DNA of 64,000 nt from Fibrobacteria bacterium (GTDB lineage: Bacteria; Fibrobacterota; Fibrobacteria; UBA11236), in assembly GCA_043745805.1 (NCBI GenBank), contig JAYTSD010000028.1, positions 1 through 64,000 of the forward strand. The letters are read 5' to 3'. Below the pieces are notes generated by a model that was not told the origin of the DNA, did no database searches, and saw only the letters and a program-made list of their open reading frames with translations. Numbering within the stretch: the first letter of the stretch is position 1; each line of letters opens with the position of its first letter. A program made the position numbers and the translations under genes. This document shows positions 1-9,451 of the stretch, in pieces.

Positions 1-53
1 CTATGCGCCACATTCGGGATTAGGAATGATGTCGCCAAATGATTTTTTTAAAC

Positions 54-803
54 TTAAATTAGCAGCATAGCTGGTTCGAATTTAAGCCGATAAGAGCACA
101 TGCTATGCTTTGTTTCAGCTTCTAATTGTTCAATCTGTTCTCGCAGCTTCGTAATAGATTCCTTATCCGTCAATTCAATCCGACTTTCAATATTGTGATA
201 GAATGCACTTCGGGTAAAATTAATTGAGCCAATGAAGGCAATTTTATCGTCGATGAGATATGCCTTTACATGCATCAATTTCCCATCATATCCGTTTGTA
301 TCCACAACTTGGGTAGGTAAAATGAATTTATAATCATAGGTGTAAACGATAATTTTTTCATATTTCCCTTTGAGTATCCAGGTCACTATAAAAGAGGCAA
401 GACCCACCCAGAACAGATAAAGTCCAATTTTAAAGCTGATGCAAAAAAATAGAACTGCCGCTATGAGAGCAAAAACTCGGAGTCTTTTTAGTTGAACTTT
501 CTTTTTAAAATTTTCCTCGTTGGTATTTCGAACCTGTGAAACAAGTTGCTCGATTATTTCTCTTCTGTGATTATTTTTGGCGAAATCAGATGATGTGATG
601 ATTTTAACCGAAACGCCTTCATTCATTTTTTCCTGAAGGATATTGAGATAGTCCCCTGTCAAGTATGGGGAGAGTATGACGATGGATTTTTTGGCGGAGT
701 GAATTTTTTGGATGATATATTTGCCTAAACCCGAACCAATAGCAATTTTTGCATTTTTAATTTCGAAGTTTAAGCCGGATGGTTCGGAAATTTCATCACT
801 CAT
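54..803 (-). CDS. Phospholipase D-like (single HKD) protein with an internal two-TM hairpin
   Basis: N-terminal 'IHSAKKSIVILSPYLT' PLD_2-type strand; HxKxxxxD motif 'MHVKAYLIDD' followed by 'GSINFT'; hydrophobic stretch at aa ~110-145. Confidence 0.8.
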   Translation of the reverse strand: MSDEISEPSGLNFEIKNAKIAIGSGLGKYIIQKIHSAKKSIVILSPYLTGDYLNILQEKMNEGVSVKIITSSDFAKNNHRREIIEQLVSQVRNTNEENFKKKVQLKRLRVFALIAAVLFFCISFKIGLYLFWVGLASFIVTWILKGKYEKIIVYTYDYKFILPTQVVDTNGYDGKLMHVKAYLIDDKIAFIGSINFTRSAFYHNIESRIELTDKESITKLREQIEQLEAETKHSMCSYRLKFEPAMLLI

Positions 804-989
804 TTAACCCTCAATATTAATGGATTTTGCTGAATCTTTTAAGTTAGAATTCTGCCAAATATTTTCCCAAAACTGGATTCAATTTCATTCAAAGCCATTT
901 AGGATTTCCTTCAGAAATCCTGCCCCCGGTATTCACCGGAGACGAGAAACATAACACCCACGCATCACTTGAGCGTGGTTGTTATGGAT

Positions 990-1261
990 GTCCCCCCTGG
1001 TCTTGACTTAGGCGCTCTCGCAAGGCGAGGCCTCGGAGGATACCTCAGCCAGCCCTAGGCCATCACAAACGTCTTCGCCGTTCGTGCTGACCAAGGCCTG
1101 GACGTGCCTACGTCACAAAGCTTGTCACAGTTTTCCTTCGGAAACCTGCGCCAATCTTTGCTCCTTCCCCTCAATCCCGTGCCGGGATTTCGGCGGCACT
1201 CTGGTCATCCTCCGAGGCCTCGCCTTCGTCTCAGCGCCTGTCATATTATGCCAGGGGGGAC
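990..1261. repeat. Long GC-rich inverted repeat / fold-back upstream of the relaxase (candidate oriT or ssDNA promoter)
   Basis: GTCCCCCCTGG (990-1000) pairs with CCAGGGGGGAC (1251-1261); perfect 20-bp stem AAGGCGAGGCCTCGGAGGAT (1022-1041) / ATCCTCCGAGGCCTCGCCTT (1207-1226). Confidence 0.8.
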
Positions 1262-1376
1262 TTAGCCTAGTACCTAGGCTGCATTTTGCAGAGCAAAATA
1301 CGAGAATACTAAAACCATTAACCACAAACCTCCAAAACTAATCCCCACTTAATTTAAAATTTGTGTGGATTTATTT

Positions 1377-1402
1377 TAATTAAAATATTATTTAAATAGT
1401 AT
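1377..1402 (+). promoter_or_regulatory. ICE operator-like motif, copy 1 (overlaps relaxase start codon)
   Basis: TAATTAAAATATTATTTAAATAGTAT, near-identical to copies at 12261 and 35889. Confidence 0.7.
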
Positions 1403-2576
1403 GGTAAATCAAGAAACAAATACCGTTATCGAAATTGATCCAAAACCAAAATCAAGACATCGAGGGATTACCGAACGATCTAAATCGCTTTTATTCCTTC
1501 TTAGAGAAGTACCCTACATAACAATGAGGGATATTCATAAGTTTTTCTACCCCTCAAATAAAAACAATGCTTATGCAAAAGAAATGGTTCGGGTCTTAAC
1601 TAAAAACAAACTTTTACATTGTTACATGTTAGAGAATTGTGTCTGTGTTTATTATTTGACTGGGTATGGAAGAAAAATCGTAGACTTTTATTTAGAGGAT
1701 AATCCTAAATACCATATTCAAACTCAATCTTTCTATTACGCAATACCACCCCATAAAAGTTCTGAGGTAAACCCCTTTTTCTTTTTTCCCGCCAAGAAAT
1801 TAGAGTTTCAAAATTTTACTCCCCATGATATGTTTAGAAATCCATTTAAACATACTACATACTTTTTAGAACTTTATTTTCTGATTAGAAATGCTTATCG
1901 ATTTCTTTATGTTATCTGGGTAGATCAGGTTCAAAATAAAAAAGATTCACTTAACCTCACGTATAACCCAGACTTACTTCTCACGAATAATCTGAGTACA
2001 GAAGCCAACCGCGTGTTTGTTGAGTTAGAGAACTCCAAAATCAGAGAGTTGAAATTAATTAATAAGCTCAATCATCTTACCGTTCTTCCCGCAGACTGGT
2101 ATTTATTAATTTGTACTTCCGAAGAAATCTTTTACAATTTGGGGCGACTCATTCGTAAAATCGTTTTGGGAACTGCTAAAGTTAATCAACATACAGTTTT
2201 CTTCTCGACAAGAGCACAAGCGGCATTATCTAAAAATGTTTTGATGGGGTTTTGGACACCATCAGAAAAAGGGAGTGGAGTTTACCATAAGCTCAAAGAA
2301 TTGGAATTGTTTCGCTATGACGCAGAAATATTTGATAAAAAGATATGGATGAATGGGGTAGGTAAGGGCGTTTACAAAACTGATGTACATGGATCAAAAC
2401 CACTTATGGAAGAGCATACTGTACCTTATGCATCGCGTAAACCCGGAACCAAAGTTTATAAGATGGGCGAAATTTTTGACGGATACATTGATGGTTTTAA
2501 TCAGGCATTAGACAAGGTTCTTTTGAAACATATTTCCATTAAAGACCCTTTTGATAAGAATGGAGAGGGGAAATGA
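1401..2576 (+). CDS. Replication-relaxation (Replic_Relax) family protein, putative relaxase
   Basis: N-terminal winged-helix-like segment (LREVPYITMRDIHKFFY...YYLTGYG), 'KHT' His, and PD-(D/E)xK-like 'NPDLLL...VFVELEN'; overlaps the T4CP start. Confidence 0.65.
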   Translation: MVNQETNTVIEIDPKPKSRHRGITERSKSLLFLLREVPYITMRDIHKFFYPSNKNNAYAKEMVRVLTKNKLLHCYMLENCVCVYYLTGYGRKIVDFYLEDNPKYHIQTQSFYYAIPPHKSSEVNPFFFFPAKKLEFQNFTPHDMFRNPFKHTTYFLELYFLIRNAYRFLYVIWVDQVQNKKDSLNLTYNPDLLLTNNLSTEANRVFVELENSKIRELKLINKLNHLTVLPADWYLLICTSEEIFYNLGRLIRKIVLGTAKVNQHTVFFSTRAQAALSKNVLMGFWTPSEKGSGVYHKLKELELFRYDAEIFDKKIWMNGVGKGVYKTDVHGSKPLMEEHTVPYASRKPGTKVYKMGEIFDGYIDGFNQALDKVLLKHISIKDPFDKNGEGK

Positions 2577-4669
2577 TTTCGCATGAAATTCATCGAGTCA
2601 AAATTAAATGGTATCAAACATTGTTGTGGGATTTCATTCTGCCTTTATCGATTGTATTCGCGATTGCATTTTATTTAGACAGGCATTATGCGAAATTCGT
2701 TTTGCAGTATATACTTGATACTCCTTGGATAGGAGCATTTTTATTTCGCAGTCCATTCTTTCATTGGTATGTGAAATGGCATTTAACGGTATTCATAATT
2801 CCATTTCTTTTGTTTTCAATTGCTATAAGTTTTCACACGGCAAGAATACCAGGGCCGGGAAGAGCTTTCTTGCATTGGTGGCAAAGCCTTTTGCAGCTCA
2901 AAGTGAAAAAGGAAGAATATGTCGATCCCTTTCCCCCCCTTTTTGATAGGAATAAAACTGAAGTATTGAGGTTAATTCATACAACCCATGAGAAAGAAAC
3001 ATTATCGAGGGTACTAGGTTTTTATAAAAGGTTCGCTTCCGATTTGGAAAAAGAAGTTCGAGAAGGAAAGGAACCCGAAAAGGTAAATGAGTATTTCCCC
3101 ATCATTGTCACCGAGGAATTAAGGTATAGGCATATTCAAGTTGTGGGAGGTTCAGGTTCGGGAAAGTCAGCTTCTATTATTGCTCCTATGCTTAAAGAAG
3201 ATGCTTTATCTTCACGACTCGCCACTTTAACCATTAACCCCAAAGCGGATCTTTATTTAATCAAGGTTATGGCTGATGGTGTTCGCAAAAGAAAAAAAAT
3301 CAATCCAGATGATGAAATGCCAACAGCGATTCTTTCTTTCTCCCGCAAGGATAGTTTGTCCTATGACCCCTTATTATATGGGGATGCCGATGCCTTAACT
3401 AAAAAAATCATGGGTAGTTCGGAAATCACCCATCCCTTTTATAAAGCTTTTCAGGAAACGTGGTTAATGAGTTTCTTTCGAGTGATTAAAACTGAGCCTT
3501 TATTGATTGACAGAATAATGTTGCGCCATTTGTATCGTTTCTTAACTAAACCTATTTCCTTAATAGAGGAATTAATGCCCCTTTGCCATAATGAGCATAA
3601 TCACCGCAGGCTTTTAGTTCTATCCGCGTCCAAGCCTGAATCTTTAGCAGGAGTTGCCAGTCATATTTCGCAATTAGTGGAGGATGAAAGCCTTTCCCAT
3701 ATTTTTGATAACCCTAAAGGTCAAATGTTAAATCTTCGGGATATCATAAAACGCGGCGGGAATATTTTTATTGAAGTGGACACGTCTTCAAAAGGTCCAC
3801 AGGGTAGGGCATTAGGTCGAATGATTATGATGGAAGTGCAACTATTGGCGGGGGCGAGGCAGGCAGGCTTTGAACCTAAACATGTAGGAGTGCAAGTTTA
3901 CCTCGATGAGTTTGCTTCCTTTGCGTATAACGGATTTATTGATTTAATTGATAAATGCCGTTCCGCGAGGGTAGGTCTTTTATTAGCGCATCAGTCCCTT
4001 GGGAATTTGCAAAGAGATAATTTATCCAAATCATTTAAGGATGAAATTGTAGATAACACCTATACCAAGATATTCCTTTCACTTAAGGATGAAACGGCTG
4101 AATGGGCTTCAAGGCAATTAGGTACAAGGAAAATTGTTAAGAAAGGATTGTCCTTAGGGCAGGGAACGGATAAAACCGATACCGGCGCAAGGGAAACGCG
4201 TACCCTAACCTTTCGGGAAGAATTTGAACCATATGTTCAACCCTCTGATTTTAATTTGGAAGTGGGCTTTGGATATGCCAACTTAGAAACCAAAGAGGGA
4301 CGACTTGTCAAAGGGCCAGTGCGAGTTGGGTATGTGGATGAAAAAGATTTGTGTTCGGATGAAGAGCTATTTGATTTTCTGCGGGATAGCTTGAAAGGAC
4401 ATCCTTTCCGTCCTCGAAATGGAAGTCTTATAGATAATCAAATTCCCCCAGGCGAAGTTAAGGGAAATATTTTACCCGTTACCCCATATACCGAAAAAGA
4501 TATTACCCCGCAAGAACAATTTGTGAATACGCAAGTATTCCATCAGGTTCTGAAAGCGGACAATGAAGAAAATTTATCCAAGGCTATTAATAAAAGGGAT
4601 TCGGCTAAACCAATGCGAAAGCCTTTAAAAAATGGATTGGATGAAATGATTAACTCTAAGGATTTTTAA
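2573..4669 (+). CDS. virD4: Type IV coupling protein (VirD4/TraD family)
   Basis: Two N-terminal TM helices, Walker A 'VVGGSGSGKS', Walker B 'VYLDEF', 'RSARVGLLLAHQS' and 'TAEWASRQLG' TraD C-terminal motifs. Confidence 0.92.
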   Translation: MISHEIHRVKIKWYQTLLWDFILPLSIVFAIAFYLDRHYAKFVLQYILDTPWIGAFLFRSPFFHWYVKWHLTVFIIPFLLFSIAISFHTARIPGPGRAFLHWWQSLLQLKVKKEEYVDPFPPLFDRNKTEVLRLIHTTHEKETLSRVLGFYKRFASDLEKEVREGKEPEKVNEYFPIIVTEELRYRHIQVVGGSGSGKSASIIAPMLKEDALSSRLATLTINPKADLYLIKVMADGVRKRKKINPDDEMPTAILSFSRKDSLSYDPLLYGDADALTKKIMGSSEITHPFYKAFQETWLMSFFRVIKTEPLLIDRIMLRHLYRFLTKPISLIEELMPLCHNEHNHRRLLVLSASKPESLAGVASHISQLVEDESLSHIFDNPKGQMLNLRDIIKRGGNIFIEVDTSSKGPQGRALGRMIMMEVQLLAGARQAGFEPKHVGVQVYLDEFASFAYNGFIDLIDKCRSARVGLLLAHQSLGNLQRDNLSKSFKDEIVDNTYTKIFLSLKDETAEWASRQLGTRKIVKKGLSLGQGTDKTDTGARETRTLTFREEFEPYVQPSDFNLEVGFGYANLETKEGRLVKGPVRVGYVDEKDLCSDEELFDFLRDSLKGHPFRPRNGSLIDNQIPPGEVKGNILPVTPYTEKDITPQEQFVNTQVFHQVLKADNEENLSKAINKRDSAKPMRKPLKNGLDEMINSKDF

Positions 4670-4681
4670 CCAGGAGGAAAT

Positions 4682-5146
4682 ATGCCTAGAGGAATTAAAA
4701 AAGAGTTGGGCTTGGCAGATGAAATTGTAGGAGTAGATAGAACCTTATTGGCTTCTATCAAAAAAAACTATTCTCTTGCGAAGCTTATGGTCAGGACTTC
4801 ACCAGATAAGGACGTTAAGGAAACCCTGGAGAAGTTTTTAGAAAAACATTTTCTAACTCCTAAGGATGAATCTAAAGAAAATCTTGCGAACGCGGAGCCT
4901 GTTACAGAGAAGGATAAACATATTTATCGCTTGAATCGGTATTTATCCGACCTTACCGAATATGATATTCAAAATTTACTTGAGTTAAGTAAATCGATGT
5001 ACCGTATTCATAATGCCGCGACTTTATCTGATGGTAAATCGGATAGGTTGGAGTCTACCGATACAGATACTAATGCAGGAGCTAATTCAATGCGGCATCC
5101 GAAAAAACCGCGAGCTAAAATAGAGAAAAATGAGGGTGGAAACTAG
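4682..5146 (+). CDS. Hypothetical protein, third gene of the relaxase-T4CP operon
   Basis: Strong RBS AGGAGG before ATG, 12 bp after the T4CP stop. Confidence 0.7.
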   Translation: MPRGIKKELGLADEIVGVDRTLLASIKKNYSLAKLMVRTSPDKDVKETLEKFLEKHFLTPKDESKENLANAEPVTEKDKHIYRLNRYLSDLTEYDIQNLLELSKSMYRIHNAATLSDGKSDRLESTDTDTNAGANSMRHPKKPRAKIEKNEGGN

Positions 5147-5364
5147 GTTTCAAATGAGAAAATATACCTTGTTTTAGAAATCAATTAAAAATAAAATCTG
5201 TTGCAAGCCCGTTCCACGCTTGTAGTTTGTTTAGATTCAATGAGTTAGTAGTGTCATATCTGTAGTTCTTGATGAAACGATTTAATCTTTAAATAAATGT
5301 GATTATAGTTACAGTTTAAAACTGATGCGATATTGCATCAATTTAAATATTAAGGATACATAGT

Positions 5365-5541
5365 ATGCCAGATAATCTAAATATACTGAGACCGCAGGAC
5401 CCCACCAAAATAAATATTAATGAAAAATGGGAATTAGAATATTGGACGAAAACATTAAATGTTACGCAGGACCAATTACGCAAAGCTGTTCAAGCAGTCG
5501 GAGTTTTGGTGATTAATGTTAAAAAGCATCTTGGCAAATAA
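5365..5541 (+). CDS. DUF3606 family small protein (58 aa; absent from the ORF track)
   Basis: Translates to MPDNLNILRPQDPTKININEKWELEYWTKTLNVTQDQLRKAVQAVGVLVINVKKHLGK, which matches the DUF3606 pattern (D..kIn..e.wEv.yW...l.v....L..AV..VG); AAGGA upstream. Confidence 0.8.
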   Translation: MPDNLNILRPQDPTKININEKWELEYWTKTLNVTQDQLRKAVQAVGVLVINVKKHLGK

Positions 5542-5611
5542 AAAAATCAATGATGCTTTTTTCTGCGATTTATAAAAATATTTTATAAATCGTATGAAGT
5601 AGTTTATCGAT

Positions 5612-5992
5612 TTACGTTTTAGATCGACTTTTCCTACGCAACCATTTTTTGGGATGCTTAATGGCGCGAATGAGGCGCAAGGCACTCCGCAAGACTCTCA
5701 CTCGAAGAGAGTAATAAGATTTAAGTCCATGGTTGGTGGATAGTTTGTGATACCATTGGCTTTCTTCAATGCAGTAGTCAATGATAAAAATAAGACTTTT
5801 ATCATTTCCATTACCTTTTGCCAAAAGAAGCACTTCTTCTAATATGGCTTCTTGCGATTCATAAAAGGATCGAAGGTCTACATTAAGCGTATGGCATTCA
5901 CGTTGATGAATTTCTTTAAGCCTTTTTTGGATCAGTGCTTTAACCTTATCATTATCGGGTTCGGGTGATTCTTTTAGTTTATTAATAACCAT
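5612..5992 (-). CDS. Hypothetical protein
   Basis: 126-aa ATG ORF, helical with a basic C-terminus; no family recognised. Confidence 0.5.
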   Translation of the reverse strand: MVINKLKESPEPDNDKVKALIQKRLKEIHQRECHTLNVDLRSFYESQEAILEEVLLLAKGNGNDKSLIFIIDYCIEESQWYHKLSTNHGLKSYYSLRVRVLRSALRLIRAIKHPKKWLRRKSRSKT

Positions 5993-6335
5993 GACTTTTC
6001 CATTTGAAAGCGTTGAGGGCCTTTGTGTTTACGGGAGATGAGCTGCGTTCAATATTACTATTAGTAGTAGACATATAGTAAGAAAGCATTTACTTAATCT
6101 ACTCTCTTTTTTTAAAGCAAGTACAAATATTTAAAATATATTTTCTTTCCGTCCTGAGATTTTGTTCCAAGAGTCACACTAGCTTCACATTGCTATTAAG
6201 GAAGGATCATTTTCATTCTTAATCCAAGAAAACCTTTAGATTTGAAGGGAATTGAGTGGTGGTTTTGGGTAAAGCGGGTTAAAAAAAGTTAGGAAAGCGT
6301 TTGACTTCCCTAATCAAAGAATGTAAATGCAGAAA

Positions 6336-6611
6336 TTATATAGATATTCCTACCTCTTTCATGGCAAAGACTTTAATCACTTCAATCCAATCTGGGTCCG
6401 TGATAAAAGCTTGGTCTATATACCCTGAATGCGCTTTATCCCTCACCTTTTTTCCTTTTAAGGACTCTACGAATTTACTGGGATTATTGAGATAATATTT
6501 CCCATCCCTTTCGACTAAAGTAAACTGTGCGGTCAGCCGTCCTTCGGTGACAGTGACATTTGCTTTGATTTTTCCTTCTCCATGTGCTGGGGTGACTTTG
6601 ACGTTTTCCAT
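6336..6611 (-). CDS. SpoVG-like nucleic-acid-binding protein
   Basis: Pattern 'ENVKVTP...GKIKANVTVT...FTLVERDGKYYLNNPSK...GYIDQAF' resembles the SpoVG fold; GGAGG RBS. Confidence 0.6.
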   Translation of the reverse strand: MENVKVTPAHGEGKIKANVTVTEGRLTAQFTLVERDGKYYLNNPSKFVESLKGKKVRDKAHSGYIDQAFITDPDWIEVIKVFAMKEVGISI

Positions 6612-6630
6612 GATTTGCCTCCGGTTGTGT

Positions 6631-6670
6631 GGTTAATTTAAATAATATATAAATAGTATTTAAATTAACC
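6631..6670. promoter_or_regulatory. Palindromic operator-like motif upstream of the SpoVG-like gene
   Basis: Perfect 14-bp IR GGTTAATTTAAATA (6631-6644) / TATTTAAATTAACC (6657-6670); the minus strand matches the ICE motif with 2 mismatches. Confidence 0.6.
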
Positions 6671-6824
6671 CGTGAGAAATGGATTATAGCAGCACCTCTT
6701 TATAGATTTTTGACCCTAACCTTCAAGTATTCCCCTCGTTTGCTTTAATGCATTCAGTTTTTATTCGGATGACTTAGCAATAATTCATTTAGTGTAGCAT
6801 GCGGTTTTCGTTTTCTCATCCTTT

Positions 6825-7086
6825 TTGCCCTATACCGGTTCAGGGTTGTGTGACGCGGCTGGGGTCGCCACGCAAGCTTGTTTCTTCGCAACATCTTTCT
6901 TTGGCTAAACGGTATTAAGCAGTCCATGCGCAAGCTTTGGACACGGAGGCGATAAACAATCGGTTCCCCCATTAAAAAATGGTTTCCCCCAATTCTTTTT
7001 CGGCCACGGGCAACCTCCTTGCTAAACCGTTTTCCCCGCTTTCTGGCGTTCACATCAACGCACTGAACCGGAAAAGGTTCGGGCAA
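6825..7086 (+). promoter_or_regulatory. Long imperfect fold-back upstream of radC (Frpo-like ssDNA promoter candidate)
   Basis: TTGCCC/GGGCAA (6825/7081) and CCGGTTCAG/CTGAACCGG (6835/7063) arms, plus further partial pairing. Confidence 0.55.
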
Positions 7087-7102
7087 GGAAAGAAAAAAGC
7101 AA

Positions 7103-7654
7103 ATGGAAAATCTTAATTACAATAATGAAAATGAAGAAGAATCACTCATCCTCACCCCAGAAAAACTTCGCAAAAATAAACGCAATGATGGTAAAAGAAT
7201 TATCGAAGGGGTTACCTATGTCCGCGATGCTTTCGGATGCTATTTCCCTGAATCCTATCTCACCCAAAGGCCGCAAATCAGGGTGCCAAAAGATGCTCTC
7301 CCTGCACTCTCCAAGATTAGGATATCTCCTCAGGAAATCTTCATGGTCTTAGATTTAGACGGTTGCCACAAAGTGATAGAGGCTCGTGAAGTCACGGTGG
7401 GCCTAGCAAATCAAAGTCAGATTCATCCCCGTGAAACCTTTCGAGGAGCCATTCTAAACAATGCCGTTTCGATTCTCGTAGCCCATAATCATCCAAGCGG
7501 TAATTTAGAACCTAGCCCTTCTGACTTGGATGCAACCAGAAAATTGGTGGATGCCGGTAAAATCATGGGTATCACGGTATTGGATCATCTAATCGTAGCT
7601 GCGACGGGATTTTATTCAATCCGTGAACATCATTCTCGTTGCTTCTCTGACTAG
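7103..7654 (+). CDS. radC: RadC-like JAB/MPN domain protein (short mobile-element type)
   Basis: 'QEIFMVLDLD', 'IHPRETFRGAI', metal motif 'HNHPSGNLEPSPSD', 'LDHLIV'. Confidence 0.92.
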   Translation: MENLNYNNENEEESLILTPEKLRKNKRNDGKRIIEGVTYVRDAFGCYFPESYLTQRPQIRVPKDALPALSKIRISPQEIFMVLDLDGCHKVIEAREVTVGLANQSQIHPRETFRGAILNNAVSILVAHNHPSGNLEPSPSDLDATRKLVDAGKIMGITVLDHLIVAATGFYSIREHHSRCFSD

Positions 7655-7825
7655 GGGTAACCCTTTTATAGGGTGAACCCGTAAGATTAAACTGACTATG
7701 GTCCTTTTCTACCCCTTCACCGCAGACCCGGACCCTTGAATTTTGAGATAGGGTAGGGGTAGGGCAGGCCTGCTACCCTACAAACTTTATTTTAAATGCT
7801 TCTCCTTCGGGTGTTTTGTTTTTCA

Positions 7826-8093
7826 TCCTTTCGGTGATTTCCTAAGTCGCCAAGGGGCCACACTCGATACTCGGTATCCTGTTGCTAATCCAAATTTTAT
7901 GGGCCGCTCGTCATCCTTCCTCACTAAATAATTTCGGTTCCCCCATTTAAAAAATGGTTTCCCCCAAATTTATTTGCCAAGAAAATTTTGCTTAGCTGCC
8001 GGGCTTTGCCCGTCACCACATGATACCTGCGTGTCTCGCTTTCTTTGTGGCCCTTGGACTCCTAACTAGGAAATCAAATAACAGCCGAAAGGA
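7826..8093 (+). promoter_or_regulatory. Long imperfect fold-back upstream of ardC (Frpo-like ssDNA promoter candidate)
   Basis: TCCTTTCGG/CCGAAAGGA (7826/8085), TGATTTCCTA/TAGGAAATCA (7835/8067), CCAAGGGGCCAC/GTGGCCCTTGG (7850/8047); the 3' arm contains the RBS. Confidence 0.6.
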
Positions 8094-8099
8094 AATATC

Positions 8100-9083
8100 A
8101 TGAAAAACGAAAACACTAAAACCACCGCCCTCGAAGCAAATGAAAATCAAACTTCGACCCTGAACAGCCTTCAAGAAAATCAAATGGAGAGAAAGGGGAA
8201 AATTGATGTTTACCAATTGGTAACGGATAAAATCATTTCTCAACTGGAAGCTGGGAATGTGCCTTGGAGAAAACCGTGGGCGAGTGCAAATGCTTTCCCA
8301 GAAAACTTTTTGTCTAAGAAAAAATATAGGGGCATTAATGTTTTCATTTTGTCCGCTATGGGTTATTTAAGTCCCTATTGGTTGACTTATAAACAAACGC
8401 GAGAACTGGGAGGCCATGTTAAAAAAGGGGAAAAGAGTACACCCGTTATCTATTGGAATTTTATTGATAAAAAAAATAATTGCGACGGTTCAGAAGAAAA
8501 TCAAAAACAAGCCTTTGCAAAATATTATTCTGTTTTTAATGCGGAACAAATTGAGGGTATTGATTTTCCTTTACATGAAGAATATGTAAAAAGCGAATTC
8601 CTGACTCATGAAGCTTGTGAAAGTATTGTAAACGGTTATCACAATGGCCCAGAGGTAGTGCATAATGTTCAAAGGGCTTGTTATTCGTCAGTATTTGATA
8701 TTATCAATATGCCAAAAAAAGAGTCTTTCGAATCATCCGAATTTTATTTCTCGGCCTTATTTCATGAATTTTGTCACAGCACAGGTCATGCAAAGCGTTT
8801 GAATAGAGAGGGCATTACCAACCCGAATAAATTCGCATCGCATGAATACAGCAAAGAGGAATTGGTGGCAGAAATGGGAGCGGCTTTCCTTTGTGGCATT
8901 ACTGGGATCTCTCCGGTTACCTTAGAAAATAGTTCGGCTTATCTTAATTGCTGGATACGGGTATTAAAAGGGAATAAAAAATATTTGGTGCAAGCGGCAC
9001 AAGCAGCGCAAAGAGCGGCTGACCATATTCAAGGCATAACCCATCAAGAAAATCAAAATGAATTCATTACGGTTCAGGTTTAA
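8100..9083 (+). CDS. ardC: ArdC family antirestriction protein (ssDNA-binding N-domain plus zincin-like domain)
   Basis: 'VTDKIISQLEAGNVPWRKPW', 'YRGIN', 'WLTYKQ...VKKGEK', 'VFNAEQ', 'HEFCHSTGH', 'YSKEELVAEMGAAFLC'. Confidence 0.93.
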   Translation: MKNENTKTTALEANENQTSTLNSLQENQMERKGKIDVYQLVTDKIISQLEAGNVPWRKPWASANAFPENFLSKKKYRGINVFILSAMGYLSPYWLTYKQTRELGGHVKKGEKSTPVIYWNFIDKKNNCDGSEENQKQAFAKYYSVFNAEQIEGIDFPLHEEYVKSEFLTHEACESIVNGYHNGPEVVHNVQRACYSSVFDIINMPKKESFESSEFYFSALFHEFCHSTGHAKRLNREGITNPNKFASHEYSKEELVAEMGAAFLCGITGISPVTLENSSAYLNCWIRVLKGNKKYLVQAAQAAQRAADHIQGITHQENQNEFITVQV

Positions 9084-9100
9084 TAGGAAAGGTATTTATT

Positions 9101-9427
9101 ATGAACGAGTTAGACATAGCCAAAGAAATAAAAAATCAAATTGACTTTGTGGATCCTTCTGCTTGGTTTGCATGGGGTGCCAATTCGGCCAAGTGTTTAA
9201 GAGAAGGAGCCGTAAAAGAAGGTGGGTATTTTGCAGGGCTGCATTTTGAAGTTACTGGCCTATTATTTCAAGGAGTGGTCAGAGTGTATTTAATGTATTC
9301 GGATACTTATACGATACAGTTAGGGAATTTCACGGATCAAGTTTTTATGGTTTCAAAGACCGTGCAAAATGTTTATTGTGATGATTTGATGTGTATCATT
9401 GATGGACTTATTGAGCTGAAGAAATAA
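9101..9427 (+). CDS. Hypothetical protein, co-transcribed with ardC
   Basis: 108-aa ORF with AGGAAAGG RBS, 17 bp after ardC. Confidence 0.7.
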   Translation: MNELDIAKEIKNQIDFVDPSAWFAWGANSAKCLREGAVKEGGYFAGLHFEVTGLLFQGVVRVYLMYSDTYTIQLGNFTDQVFMVSKTVQNVYCDDLMCIIDGLIELKK

Positions 9428-9451
9428 TTAAATATTCACACAGGGTATATA

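Noticed and set aside
1084-1341. Short ORFs (85 aa + and 66 aa -) across the fold-back
   Set aside because: Best explained as open frames in GC-rich inverted-repeat DNA; no recognisable protein features
6273-6282. 10-bp match (AGCGGGTTAA) to the tRNA-Gly 3' region as a possible attL
   Set aside because: Short enough to occur by chance and lacks the TGG end; relaxase/T4CP genes sharing the ICE operator lie to its left
6754-7086. 110-aa minus-strand ORF
   Set aside because: Coincides with the fold-back upstream of radC; non-ATG start and atypical composition
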